Source: Schizosaccharomyces osmophilus (taxonomy: Eukaryota). Taken from it: a DNA stretch of 64,000 nucleotides. The position numbers and the translations under genes are program-made. The notes under the pieces were generated by a model, which was not told where the DNA came from, did not search any database, and was given only the letters and a program-made list of their open reading frames with translations. Shown one piece after another: positions 48,819-60,207 of the stretch; the stretch's first letter is position 1, and the number at the start of each line of letters is the position of its first letter. The DNA lies in NCBI RefSeq assembly GCF_027921745.1, contig NC_079239.1:2170001-2234000 (forward strand). Reading direction: 5' to 3'.

Positions 48819-50771
48819 ATGATTGCTTCAAAGCCTATAATTCTCTTATTTTTCTCACTCGTATCACTTCTCTCTTATTCAAGTAATGCTCTGGGTGAAA
48901 CAGATCTTTTCTTCGTAGACTCAACTGGACTTTCAAAGCAGGATGCTCCATTCAGCGAAGACTTTAATTTACCTGTTGGAGATCGCTTTGAAAAAGCAAA
49001 AAATTGCTTACAGGATGATTCTAGTTCACTTACAGAAAAACTACATGCCACAAGTCTTTTAAAATCAGCGGCTTGGGAAAATTGTACAGATGCTATGCTT
49101 TTGCTCGGTAATATACTGTTCTTTGGCCTGTATGATTTTGAACCAGACTTTGGAATGGCTCATGCTTATTATGACCAGTTACGAAAAACGAACGGAAGCG
49201 TTGTTGGCAACTTAATACTTGGATTTTACCATTCTGTGAGTTACTACAACACTGCTCCTTACGACCCAGCTTTGGCTCGAATGTACTGGGAAGCCGCTGC
49301 GAAGCAGGGATCCATTGACGCTCATCATTTCCTTGCGTATCATCATCTCACTGGTATGCATACTAAAAGGTCTTATTTATTGGCTGCAAAGCATTACAAA
49401 TTCATCGCTGATGATCTTACTAGAGAAGGTCCAAAATCTCTTTTAGCATCTTCGCAATACCTTTGGCCTGAAATCCTCAATTACAATACTGCCGGTGAGG
49501 ACGGAACAGGCGTTTACGGACCCGCATCTGCTTATTCTTTTTCAACCGCTAGTCGAGCCCTTAATTCCATACGGCACTATATTCGGGAAATTTATAATCC
49601 TCCGGAAGAACGGGATCTAGGAACCCTTTTTGAGGCCGGAAAGCTACGCCTTCATGGGATGCATTCATTTAGACGAAACCATACGGTAGCTGAAACAATA
49701 TTTGGTAAAGTATATCGCGATTTATCATCCTTGAGTGAGAGCCCCGTCCATGTAACATCCGAAAATATTGCCAACTTGCTATCGAAATCAGCAGGTTATA
49801 TAGGCCTTTTACAAATATTTGGAAATTCTAGGAGAAGAAATTTGGAAAATGCTACGCATTGGCTCAAACGAGGAATATCTCATAACGACTCGAACGCGCT
49901 GTACGGAATGGGATACATATTTTACCATGGGCTCTTAAATGCAGATGAGAAAGATACTGAAAAGGGTTTAAGTTATATAAAAGAGGCTGCTAGTATGAAG
50001 AACGGTTATGCACTCACTTTCCTTGGAATGCTATCTATGGAAAATGAGGATTTTGACATTGCTTTTCATTATTTTACCTTAGCAAATAAGGAAAAGGCGT
50101 TATTGTCATCTAAGTTATTAGCTGATTGTTATTTTGATGGAATTGGAACTTCCGTGTCTAAACAGAAAGCTGCTTTGCTGTATAAAGAGTTTGTGGAAAC
50201 AGTTCGTTCCACGTCTTCCACAATGAGTTTAGCCGTCAGAGAAGTAGATCATTATTGTCTGGAAAACAGCCTTATGTATTATTTGTATTCTGCTCAGTTA
50301 GGCTACTCGATTGCAGAAGTCAATGCAGCATATCTCGTAGATGGTAACAAATACTTAATTGACTCATTGAGAAGATACCTTTATCCTGAAAATACAGAGG
50401 AGGAAACTCTTTCAGATGTATTTGCTTTTGAGTTTTATGCACGAGCCGCTGCACAAGGAGATGCAGATGCAAACCTAAAACTTGGCGATTATTATTACTA
50501 TGGCATTGGTGTGCATAGGGATTATGATAAAGCGTATCGATTCTATGAAAATGCTTCCGGAAAAGGAGGTGCTACTGGAATGGCCCTTTGGAATATGGCC
50601 TACATGCATGAATTTGGCAGGGGACGAGAACGAGATACTCATATTGCTAAACGATTTCTGGATGAATTGTCTATTAATCAGATTGCTTACATCCCCTTCA
50701 GAATGATCACTTCATTGGTATTCCTTCATCAAATTTATTTAAGATGTCTTTCTTTTTTACGTTTACGATAA
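48819..50771 (+). CDS. SEL1-repeat protein (Hrd3/SEL1L-like) with signal peptide
   Basis: Hydrophobic N-terminus. Repeats such as AAAQGDADANLKLGDYYYYGIG and ALWNMAYMHEFGRG. Confidence 0.88.
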   Translation: MIASKPIILLFFSLVSLLSYSSNALGETDLFFVDSTGLSKQDAPFSEDFNLPVGDRFEKAKNCLQDDSSSLTEKLHATSLLKSAAWENCTDAMLLLGNILFFGLYDFEPDFGMAHAYYDQLRKTNGSVVGNLILGFYHSVSYYNTAPYDPALARMYWEAAAKQGSIDAHHFLAYHHLTGMHTKRSYLLAAKHYKFIADDLTREGPKSLLASSQYLWPEILNYNTAGEDGTGVYGPASAYSFSTASRALNSIRHYIREIYNPPEERDLGTLFEAGKLRLHGMHSFRRNHTVAETIFGKVYRDLSSLSESPVHVTSENIANLLSKSAGYIGLLQIFGNSRRRNLENATHWLKRGISHNDSNALYGMGYIFYHGLLNADEKDTEKGLSYIKEAASMKNGYALTFLGMLSMENEDFDIAFHYFTLANKEKALLSSKLLADCYFDGIGTSVSKQKAALLYKEFVETVRSTSSTMSLAVREVDHYCLENSLMYYLYSAQLGYSIAEVNAAYLVDGNKYLIDSLRRYLYPENTEEETLSDVFAFEFYARAAAQGDADANLKLGDYYYYGIGVHRDYDKAYRFYENASGKGGATGMALWNMAYMHEFGRGRERDTHIAKRFLDELSINQIAYIPFRMITSLVFLHQIYLRCLSFLRLR

Positions 50772-51066
50772 TGACTATTTCACGCATTGTTGAATGTTTC
50801 AAGTCTATGATTGATCTGCCTGATGCTTTTTAAGTTACTAACGCTTAATGCCATGCAAACAAAAGTTTTTGTAATTCCTATGTAAATACATTTAATATCA
50901 AGTTATACTTATGAAAAAAATTTCTAACTTCTCTCTCAATACATATTTGTTCACTCAGTTGTTACCTCTTTTGTAACCTCGTTTGGGAGTTGGAAGAAAC
51001 CAACTTGAACTACTTTTTCACTACGCATTTGTTCCAAACGTTGATTTGGACCTAAAATTTTGTACA

Positions 51067-52653
51067 ATGGGAAAAGCTAACAAAGCTACCAAGAAGTTTA
51101 ATAAGAATCATTTAAAGGACACTTTGCAGCGAAGAAGACAATTGGCGAAGGAGAAGAGAAGCCATGAATCAAAAACGAAGAAATCTCCAACAACTCAAGA
51201 GGAAAAGTCGATTTCAGATGATCCCAACAAGCGATTTCAAAGGGAGGATGTGTCTGAATTTTACGCCAAGTTAGATCCGTCGAAGGCAGCCTCCCGGAAA
51301 AGTGGAGATTTAGTGAAAGAGCATGATCATGCGCCATTAGGCAATGATAAAGCTCAGGAGTCTGAAGATGGTCTTTTAAGATATTCAGGAAAAGAATTGG
51401 AAGCAGCCATAGCATTCTGTCGGAAGTTGTCTGGTACTGAACAGCCTGATTCTCTGATTTCGAATTTACCTGAGGAATTGAATAAGAAACTGACAGAGAT
51501 GGACTTTGATCAGCGTTCTAGCTTTTTACAAGATTGTCGTAAGAGCTTTGCTAGCCTCCTGATGAATGAGGTTTTATCTTCTGGAGGCGATATACAAGTT
51601 CTGTCGTCTGTCGAGGAAGTTATTTCGCACATCAAAAATTTTTCCTCTTTTCCACCTGGTTTTATTGCGAAAGCTTGTCAAATTTTCATTTCTTATCCAG
51701 ATGCTCGCGAACAAATTCAGGCGATCATAAATAATGTCTGTAAAGCTAGTCCTTCATTAATAGTGACAACATTCCAACACTTCTATGTTCAATTGCTATC
51801 CTTCTTTAAGTCGTCGCCGAATCAAAGTGGAAATTTAGATACTGTTGAGGAAATGCAATTGTTTCTAATTGAACTGTTATCCTTAAGTCCTGACACCTGC
51901 AAAAAGATATTCTTAAGCTACACGGATCAACTAAACGTTCATTTGCAGAATTGTTTAAAGCAGGCTGATAATGTCGATGCCCATAAATTAATTTACAACT
52001 GGCAGTTCAGTTTGTCCCTACAGTTTTGGTCTGAGGTAGTATGTCTTTTATGGGAAGATTTACAAATTATTTGCAAAGAGATCTCTCCTCAGTTAATTAA
52101 TCTTATTTTAGATACCATGAGACTTATTCCAACAGAACAATATTATCCCCTGAGGCTGCGTCTTCTTTCTTCACTAGTTCGGATTTGTCGAAGCACTCAT
52201 CTCTATATTCCCTTGTCTTCACAGTTTGTTGAAATGGCTCCTTTCTTTTTAAAGAAGAGCCGTAACTTAACCCGTGGTGAGGATTCGGCGTATAGCTTCG
52301 ACGTTTTAACGACATTACATATCCCTAAGGAATGTCTAGCTTCCCAATCCTATCGCAAGAATCTTAGGAAAACATACCTTTCAATGATGACGGAATATTA
52401 TGCAACGTTTTCCAATTCAATCGCTTTCCCTGAATTAGTTGTTCCAGTCATTAGTCAGTTACGAATTTTTGTTTCTCGTTACCCTTTTGAAAATAGTATA
52501 TCCCAGTTTTTGCAAAAATTAGAGGATACATATTCGTTCATTCAACAGAAACGTTTAAATATTGAGTTTACTCAGAAAGATCATTCACAAGTAATTGCTT
52601 TTGAGCGGGATCTTGACTGGCGAAGCACACCTATTGGCAAATCCGTTAAATAA
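51067..52653 (+). CDS. noc202: Noc2-family ribosome biogenesis protein (divergent paralog)
   Basis: MGKANKATKKFNKNHLK start, IYNWQF, LIPTEQYYPLR and SIAFPEL. Lacks the long acidic tracts of canonical Noc2. Confidence 0.8.
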   Translation: MGKANKATKKFNKNHLKDTLQRRRQLAKEKRSHESKTKKSPTTQEEKSISDDPNKRFQREDVSEFYAKLDPSKAASRKSGDLVKEHDHAPLGNDKAQESEDGLLRYSGKELEAAIAFCRKLSGTEQPDSLISNLPEELNKKLTEMDFDQRSSFLQDCRKSFASLLMNEVLSSGGDIQVLSSVEEVISHIKNFSSFPPGFIAKACQIFISYPDAREQIQAIINNVCKASPSLIVTTFQHFYVQLLSFFKSSPNQSGNLDTVEEMQLFLIELLSLSPDTCKKIFLSYTDQLNVHLQNCLKQADNVDAHKLIYNWQFSLSLQFWSEVVCLLWEDLQIICKEISPQLINLILDTMRLIPTEQYYPLRLRLLSSLVRICRSTHLYIPLSSQFVEMAPFFLKKSRNLTRGEDSAYSFDVLTTLHIPKECLASQSYRKNLRKTYLSMMTEYYATFSNSIAFPELVVPVISQLRIFVSRYPFENSISQFLQKLEDTYSFIQQKRLNIEFTQKDHSQVIAFERDLDWRSTPIGKSVK

Positions 52654-52898
52654 AAATAGAGCAAACGGATATGTCTTTGGTAAAAAATAACAGTTTGTTT
52701 ACTCATTTACAGAAATTAAATGGAGAAAGGATTGGGTGCAAAATCATTTGGGTTAATAAGTATTACGGAAATTGGAAATAAAGTATACTAATAAAATGCA
52801 ATTTAATCATCATTAGGGTGAATAGGATTTAGAAGCTTGATATATTCAATTGTCTAAGAATTATACAGTCATTAATTGTCATAGTCAAAGGAAGGAAG

Positions 52899-54176
52899 TT
52901 ACAATGGAGTTCTTTTTGGGAATGGATCTTTTGCAGACAAAACAACAGTCATACGGTCACGAGAAACGTAACCACGCATATAGCCTTTACTAACCATGTT
53001 TGCCAAAATAGCCTCAACGTGTAGTAAATCGAGATCAGATCCAGCAACTTTTAAAGCGGTTTGAAAGACGGATGTGGGAAGCCGAGTTGATTTTTCAAGA
53101 ATGATCCATGTTTTTCGAAATAGATTTCGCAAACATAAATCTCTAGTCCCTTCCAAAGTCAAGTAGGTCTTTGTCTTGGCTAGCAAAGATTCATTTTTCT
53201 TTAAACATTGACCAAAAGCCCCAAGATTTCCTTTCTTAATGGCGTGACATAACGGAACGTATATGTTTTTTAAATAAGGGTATTTAGACAAAAATGTAGG
53301 ACTGGGAAGTTGATGGTAGACTAGAATTCGAGTGGGGATCCAATAGGAAAGGATTAATTCTAAATTACGGTTATAATGCTTGTGACATAAGGAAAATGCG
53401 GTTTCCAACTCTGCAGATGCGTTCTTGTAGCTTTGATTTAGAAAGGCCACGATACCAAGGTAGTAACGGAAAATGACAATATGAGATTTGGGAAACAGAG
53501 AAATGTCTGGCAGTTCGACAACCTTCATTGCTCGCAAGACATTGTTCGTCAAATGAACGCAGTCTAAGCGTAAATATAACTTGAACAACAAACCCATGGT
53601 ATAATAAGCACCCCATTTACGTGAAATAGCTAACGGTGCTCGATCATTGATACATATTGTAAAAGCCCTGTTAAGCAGTCGTGTAGCTAGTTCGAGGTGT
53701 GAATTTTCTTGTACAGGATCATTGGATATGAGTTTCATTTGTTGATTGCGAACAGACATAGTATTCTGAGCATGAATAGCAAGAAACCGCAAGTCTTTGC
53801 AGATTATGAACAGTACTGGCAAATGAACACCAGTGCAATTTCCTGAAGAGAATTCACGAAATATGTTTTGAGCAAGATCTACTTGAAGACGAAATGCAGC
53901 AACTGGGTCTCGATCACGGCATAAGGCAAGTAATACCTTTAAATGAAGCAAAACAGAGTCACTCCAATTCTGAAGAATGATGGATCGCTGCACTGTAAGT
54001 CCTAAAATGTCGTCGGAAGAATAAGTTCCCGGAACGTCGAAATTTAGGACGTCGCCTAGTTCTTTTCCCCAGGGAACCGACAGAAATTTTGCCAATACCA
54101 TGCTGTTCGAACGTGCAACCGCATTATTGATAGAAGAAAAGTAAATATTCAAGGGCATTAACCGAGGTGTCGTCAT
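52899..54176 (-). CDS. csn12: PCI-domain protein, Csn12/PCID2 family
   Basis: CINDRAP..SRKWG, LFKLYLRL, FRYYLG and VEAILANMVSKGYMRGYVS..VVLSAKDPFP. Confidence 0.85.
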   Translation of the reverse strand: MTTPRLMPLNIYFSSINNAVARSNSMVLAKFLSVPWGKELGDVLNFDVPGTYSSDDILGLTVQRSIILQNWSDSVLLHLKVLLALCRDRDPVAAFRLQVDLAQNIFREFSSGNCTGVHLPVLFIICKDLRFLAIHAQNTMSVRNQQMKLISNDPVQENSHLELATRLLNRAFTICINDRAPLAISRKWGAYYTMGLLFKLYLRLDCVHLTNNVLRAMKVVELPDISLFPKSHIVIFRYYLGIVAFLNQSYKNASAELETAFSLCHKHYNRNLELILSYWIPTRILVYHQLPSPTFLSKYPYLKNIYVPLCHAIKKGNLGAFGQCLKKNESLLAKTKTYLTLEGTRDLCLRNLFRKTWIILEKSTRLPTSVFQTALKVAGSDLDLLHVEAILANMVSKGYMRGYVSRDRMTVVLSAKDPFPKRTPL

Positions 54177-54366
54177 TGTTAAAACGCTGAAGAAATAAGG
54201 AATGCTCGGTCAAAAAAGAAGGAGTTTTTTTCGTATTTATATGTAGTTTTTGAAGTTTTAGACGTCTTTGCGATCTTTTCAGTGAAATTTCCAAAAAAAA
54301 AAAAAGTGCTCGTCAGTGTCGCGCTCCACGAACTATGCGACCTTTGTCCAGAGTAACAGCGTTACC

Positions 54367-54609
54367 TTAAGTTGGAGGATTTTTCATTGAACTCTGGTCT
54401 TGCAGTTCTTGAGACTGTTTCCGTTCGCGCTCAATCTTTTCACGGATTTCTGGAGTCATTACAACATCTTCAAGGGTATCTTGGTGCACTTTATAGATAG
54501 AGTATGCGAATGTACCAAGAGCGAGTCCACCTAATCCCAATGCCGTGATCAAATTTTTGGTACGGAAAGGTCGACGAGCATTTTCGAATGCTCTGCTATT
54601 TTGACTCAT
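54367..54609 (-). CDS. coa3: Cytochrome c oxidase assembly factor Coa3
   Basis: ATG at 54609. ARRPFRTKNLITALGL..FAYSIYKVHQD..DV motif with a single TM segment. Confidence 0.85.
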   Translation of the reverse strand: MSQNSRAFENARRPFRTKNLITALGLGGLALGTFAYSIYKVHQDTLEDVVMTPEIREKIERERKQSQELQDQSSMKNPPT

Positions 54610-54859
54610 ACTTGAAGAAAACAGGGCGTGTTCAATGACTTTTTTTCCAAACTTCGTGTTTGGTTTTGGCAAGATGATTCGAAACGTCAGTGCTAGCTGG
54701 CTGGAATTCGTGTGCTAACTATCGTTATGAGGGTTTCTGTGCTAGAATAAAGCACAGTATATCTTTGTTTACAAAACAAATGAAAAATATAAAAAAATAA
54801 TAAATAAAAGGAACAAAAAGTGGTAGGCAATCATAACCGGGGATTTATAAAAGCATTAG

Positions 54860-54903
54860 AAAAAAAAAATAAAAAAATAAAAAAATAAAAAAATAAAAAA
54901 AAA
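54860..54903. repeat. Phased A-tract microsatellite (A7-10 T)n
   Basis: A-runs interrupted by a single T with 8-nt period, read directly. Confidence 0.9.
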
Positions 54904-55353
54904 GGAGACCAAATGGATGTTGTCGTTCTGTCAATTCAGCAACATGTGTAGACTGATACGTTTTTACTTATGAACGGAACCAGTTTCTTCCTAATGAAAG
55001 TATGAATATAGGATTAAGTTACAAATCTCAATAAACGGAAATCCGAATTTCTTTCAAATGATCAATCAATACTCAGTGCAAATGCAGAGCGCAGAAAATG
55101 TATTGCTTGCCGTATAGAGCAATGTTCTTCAAACATCAATAAGAGAAAAAGTATTTTAGAATACAATTACATGACGATCTATTATCTTTACCATTTCAAA
55201 AGCACCTGCTTGAATGTTCCACTTCACCAACTCTCCTCGTCAAACTCTTAAACACCGTATTTCCATTTTTATAGAGTTTCTTTGGCTACTAGGTGTCTTT
55301 GGGAGCCATTCTTTCTTCTTCCTATCGTGGATACCTCTTAAAACAGTCTTAGA

Positions 55354-56109
55354 ATGACTGACTACTATGACATTGGCCTTTTAGAAGAAAACCAGGAGGA
55401 CACCCCAAATGTGGAGTGTGTAGGCCAACAAATTCGAGAAGATTTTGCTTCTCTTTACAGTATAATTATTACCTTGGAGAATTTGGAAATAGTGTTTACG
55501 AAGGATGCCATCACCCCGGACGCCTTTGAGTCTGCTTCAAACTTACTTCTTCAACAATGGGATTCTTGTTTAAAGGACGAGGATTTATTGAAAAGATTTG
55601 GCCCTTTGGAAGATTTCTTTTCGAAATATCAGTTACAATGTCCTCGAGCCATGAAGCGCATTCAAGAGCATTCAGAGAATGCTACAACTACCAAGGTTTC
55701 ATCTACCCTTCCAAATCACCTTTCCGAGACCAGGGACTCGAAAGTAGATTCCAATGAATTTCTACACGACCGAGAAACCGCTATCATTTCTGCACCCTCG
55801 ACAACCCCTCCTGTTTCTACAGCTAAATCTATCGCCGAGCTTGTACAGAATTTCATAACCACTTTGGATGCGATTCGCTTGAATTTCGTTGCCAAAGATC
55901 AGTTACATCCGCTTCTTTCAGAGTTGGTCATTTGCATGGACGACCTTACAGAGTTGCTCAATAAGCAAGTATCCGGTAGAAGCAAGCTAGTCCAATGGCT
56001 CATTTTTATCAATCATATGGAGTCAACGGATCAACTGAATGAAGAACAAAAGGAAGAATTACTGCAAAATCTCGAAGAAACCTATTCAGAATGCTATGGA
56101 TTACTCTAA
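55354..56109 (+). CDS. vps28: ESCRT-I subunit Vps28
   Basis: LYSIIITLENLE, CPRAMKRI and QNFITTLDAIRLNFVAKDQLHPLLSEL. Confidence 0.95.
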   Translation: MTDYYDIGLLEENQEDTPNVECVGQQIREDFASLYSIIITLENLEIVFTKDAITPDAFESASNLLLQQWDSCLKDEDLLKRFGPLEDFFSKYQLQCPRAMKRIQEHSENATTTKVSSTLPNHLSETRDSKVDSNEFLHDRETAIISAPSTTPPVSTAKSIAELVQNFITTLDAIRLNFVAKDQLHPLLSELVICMDDLTELLNKQVSGRSKLVQWLIFINHMESTDQLNEEQKEELLQNLEETYSECYGLL

Positions 56110-56630
56110 TTTTGTTTACTAACGCACGCCCAATACTTCATAATAATTATTAACGAGAATTAAAAAATGATAGACGTGACTGTCTTTTTCGACGCTATAT
56201 TAAGAGCTCAATTCGGAACGTAAACATATCTTGTACCAATGTGAACGAAAAGATCATTTCTTTAATCGCTCCTGAATGTATATTATAATGTTTACGAGTT
56301 ATGAATAAAAATGAATGACCTTTTTTATCTTGTCTTTCGTGTAAGGTAGCTTTTTTCTACACAGCTCAGGAGGAAACATGAAACTTATGGATTTTATATT
56401 ACTTTTAAACTATATTTTGCACTATTAATCAGAAACTGTTCACAGATTATGGACTTGTTTCCTTCATGCAGTGCATAGAAAAATGATTATCATACTCACT
56501 TTACCCTTGCGTGGCTTGACTCTGTCGAGCACAGATCGCGTACGGGTCATTATTGTATGACACATTTTCTACAGTGGGTTCGAAAATTGAATTAAATTAT
56601 GGTAAGTTTTCTTTATTATCGAGATGCATT

Positions 56631-56748
56631 GAAATATGATGAACAATATGCTGGCACCCGTCTCATCTTGCTTTTCTTTTCAACGAGAAAAGAAGGAATT
56701 GATGATACATTTGCAGAACGCCTTTATACGCTTGGTGTTCCTGATTTC
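56631..56748 (+). ncRNA. Box C/D snoRNA, predicted guide for the 18S rRNA G562-equivalent 2'-O-methylation, inside intron 56602-56801 of an essentially non-coding host
   Basis: C box ATGATGA 56636-56642. Guide TGCTGGCACC 56649-56658. D'-like CTCA 56662-56665. Hairpin CTTTTCT/AGAAAAG. C' TGATGA 56700-56705. D box CTGA 56741-56744. Terminal stem GAAA/TTTC and outer stem AGATGCAT/ATGCATCT. Confidence 0.85.
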
Positions 56749-57066
56749 TTTCTATGCATCTTTTTGTTTTTTCCCCCAGTACTTTACTAATATATCGCTA
56801 GAAACATTAGCTTAATATACACCCTTAGTTGTGCTTTGTGCTTTGCTCCCAATTTTATTTTTTTTGACGTTATTTGCTGTAAATGAAGAGTAGTAATAAT
56901 TAAAAGTATATCTAGGTTTACCAAAAAGTAAGTAGATTTGTATTGCTGCTATATTACTCATAATTAAAGAATTCGTTTTTGTAATAATGAATCACTAGAA
57001 ACTGAAACGAACATGATTATGCCCAAAGAATTTATTTATGGTCGTAACAATTGAGAATAAATACGT

Positions 57067-59164
57067 TCACCGACTCCAATCCTCATCGTCTTCGAGATAC
57101 TCATACATGAAACGAAAGTCGGCCTTCTTTCTTTGCACCCAATCGCCCTCGAAATCAAAGTACCTATAAGTTCCACTCTCATACTCGTCTGTGATCAGTT
57201 TGGGCTCCTCATGTCTTTGAAACCAAGTAGTGTACTTTTTGTGGAAACGCCAACTCTGTTTCTTAAGTTCCCGTCCAGCGAGATACTGTTGATATGTGCC
57301 AGGTAAATAATAAAACATGTAAAACAGTGTATCTGGATCCACAACTTCAGTCATTTCTGGAGAATCAAACAAGGGAAGAGGCTGCTGCGGATAATAGTGA
57401 GGTACTGGATAAGGATCTTTAGGTACATAAAATTTTGGTTTTGCAGCATCGACTGCGTCAGGTACGTACACGCAGCTAATATTGAGTGCCTCAGTCAACT
57501 TTTCTTTATTCATGGGGTATTGAAGTCGACCTTTTGAAGCATTTAGCGCTCCTACCAAATCTTGGATATACTCCGGGGGTGGGGATAAGCTCTCTTCTAC
57601 TGTGATACTATCATGATTTATTTCAGGGATTTGTTCCGAAACCTCAGGCATAGCATCTGGTTTTGATTCTTGAGGCTTCGGCGATGAATAATGGCCTGTG
57701 GTATCCGATTTGGATTGGATATTGCCAGATCCCACCTTTGGAGAAGCAGGGACGTCCGCTCGTGTGCCAATAGGATCTTTTGATAAAGTAGTAGCGGCGG
57801 CAGCAGCGGCAGCGAACGCATACTTCTTTTCCTTTGGAGCAGAAGCATTCGAAATTCGAGGAGAAACAGTTTGCTTATTTTGGATTGTCGGAGCTGAAGT
57901 AACAAAGCTGGCGGAATTGCTGGGAGCAGCTACGGCAGCTGCTTTAGCAAAAGATGGTGTATTATTGGACAATTGTGGCCTACTAGAACCATCAATCTCA
58001 TTTTGCGAATTCTCTTTGGGGGGAGGCGATGAAATATCTGGGGCATCCAATTCTTCTTCATGTGCTTGGGGTACCGAAGCCATGAAAGTTGGGGATGACA
58101 GAACGTCTTTTAATGATGATTCAATCGGAGATGGGGAATCCACAACCGGTACGCTTTCATCGTCTTTCTGTGAAGAGGTGTCAGAGATTGGAGAAGAAGA
58201 GTTTTCAGATCTCTCTGCATCAAAAATTCCTGAAGAGTCATCTAAATCAAGTCCATCATAAATGTTCATGTCTTCAGCGAAATCAGCATCTTGACTGGAT
58301 TCGACATAATACATAATATCGTCTTGAATGTTGTTGATTGCATCTGAAGATATTTGAGAGTTTTCTAAGCGCCGCATAATTAGCTCCAGTCTCTCTTGAT
58401 GCCATCTGTGGGTTTCAATACGTGACTCCAGTTCGGAAAGATAAGCTTGCTTAGAAAGATCACGTTTTCCTCGCTTGAATGTGGCACGCAAGCTCTCCGT
58501 CTCGGCTTCTAACAGTTCCACTTGGCGCTCCAATTCTTCTACTGCACTCGAAATCCACTGAATCGTGTCATGCTTTTCCTTTTCTCTTGGATCCATCTTT
58601 AAGGCAATACTCAGTCCTTCTTTACTGAATGCCTTGATTTTCATTTCTCGTTCCACGGCTTTAAATTCTTCCATTTTCTACAAGTATTCGAATTAGCACA
58701 CCATACTATCACAACCTCGCCCGTCCTTAATCTCAACTTCTTCTCACAGGAAGGAAAAGACAGCATATAGACCAGACAAAGAACAAGGCCATGGAAAACG
58801 TACCGCTTCGATCAGTCGGCGATTTTCTATTAAAGCTTTCTTGTCTTTAATATCATTACTGCTGGCCCACGTCTTGATCTGATCACGTAAACGCTGTAGC
58901 TTTTTAATCTGCGTTTTCAAATCGCCTTCTAGTTTTTCTTTCTGAGAGGCACTGGCGCTGGCATTCAGCTTTTCGTAAACTTCGTCAAAAATGACAATCT
59001 TTTCTGGTCAATATCACTGCTACATCCATTTCATTTGCAAATTACCCCATCTGTCACTTTTTTAAACGTTTTTTCAATTTCCACTACAACAATTTGTCAG
59101 TATTCCATCACAGCAGCCGACGATTGCTTTTCAGCTTCGTACCTTGTAATTTTCGCGCAGACAT
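57067..59164 (-). CDS. not3: CCR4-NOT subunit Not3/5, 4 exons
   Basis: Starts [17 protein letters not shown] at 59164. [17 protein letters not shown] box [31 protein letters not shown]. Confidence 0.95.
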
Positions 59165-60207
59165 ATTGTCAATATGAACATAAAATACGCGAAGAAATAC
59201 CAAGTAGACTTTGTCGGCAGGCTTAAGTTGAAAATGCTATTATTGTCGGTGAGCGGAACGCTTTTGCTAACGACCTCTGGTTCATTGTCTAAAAAAACCA
59301 TACTCTTTCCCAGGTAACAAAATATCAAGTAACACGTCGTAAACAATAGAAGCAGTGAATTAATAAAGAAGGAATTTGAATTGATGATATTATAAATCAA
59401 TAAAGAGAAAACCTAGTAAGCAAGTTCGAAGGGGCTGCGGTCTTTCTACGAAAACTTGGGTAAAGAGAACCACAAGTCCGAGGGAACAAGGAAGCAAGTA
59501 TTGTAAAAAGATTCTATTTTGAGACCCTTACTTTTCTTATAGCTTCAATATTCCTTTCGCATAGTTGGTATTTCCTTGTTTGATCTTGGCTATGTGCCAT
59601 AAGTTTGAAAGGGGTTGTGAATCCATCAAGACGTGGACCGGTTTTTAAGATATACAAATGATTCCCTTTAATAAGATTCTTATTTCAAAACATGTAGTCT
59701 TCGTCATCCAACAGTTTGCTAACCATTTCGTGAATACCATTACACCTGTTCCTACAGAAACGAAATCTACACTGCCAAGCGAGGGGTAGTAAGAGCATAA
59801 CTATGAGAAAGTACAATCTTGTTTCCATACGAAGAGAATTATGTTTGCTCATGAAATGGAAGACTGCTAACTCCTAGGAAGACCAAGCTCAGATCATCTT
59901 TTCTTTGATACGAATGGAAACTTGCCATGGGAAATCAGCATCTTTTAATAGAAGAAAATTATAATTTTGTTTCTTCTTCAATGGTTACTGTACGCTTGAA
60001 TCCAATTTGGTTTGTCATTCAGTTAAGGAATTCGTAGAATACTTGTTCAAAAATAAATATAATGTTATCAATTGTATATTTCATCTTTTATTAGCTTCTT
60101 TTTTAGGCTTCGCATTGGGTTCTCCTAGGACTGTTGGACATATCCAATCCCAAATTTAGAACCATATACCTCTTTCATAGTATATATACCCAACAGTCTA
60201 TGGATAG

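Noticed and set aside
56572..56590. GGTTCGAA resembling a tRNA T-loop or B box
   Set aside because: No cloverleaf, and the following CC is missing.
56599..56790. 63-aa ORF in the track
   Set aside because: It is read-through of the snoRNA-containing intron (GTAAGT directly follows the ATG).
59658..59900. 43-codon ORF and a branch/acceptor-like TGCTAAC..TAG between not3 and guf1
   Set aside because: I could not assemble a coherent gene and found no convincing donor.
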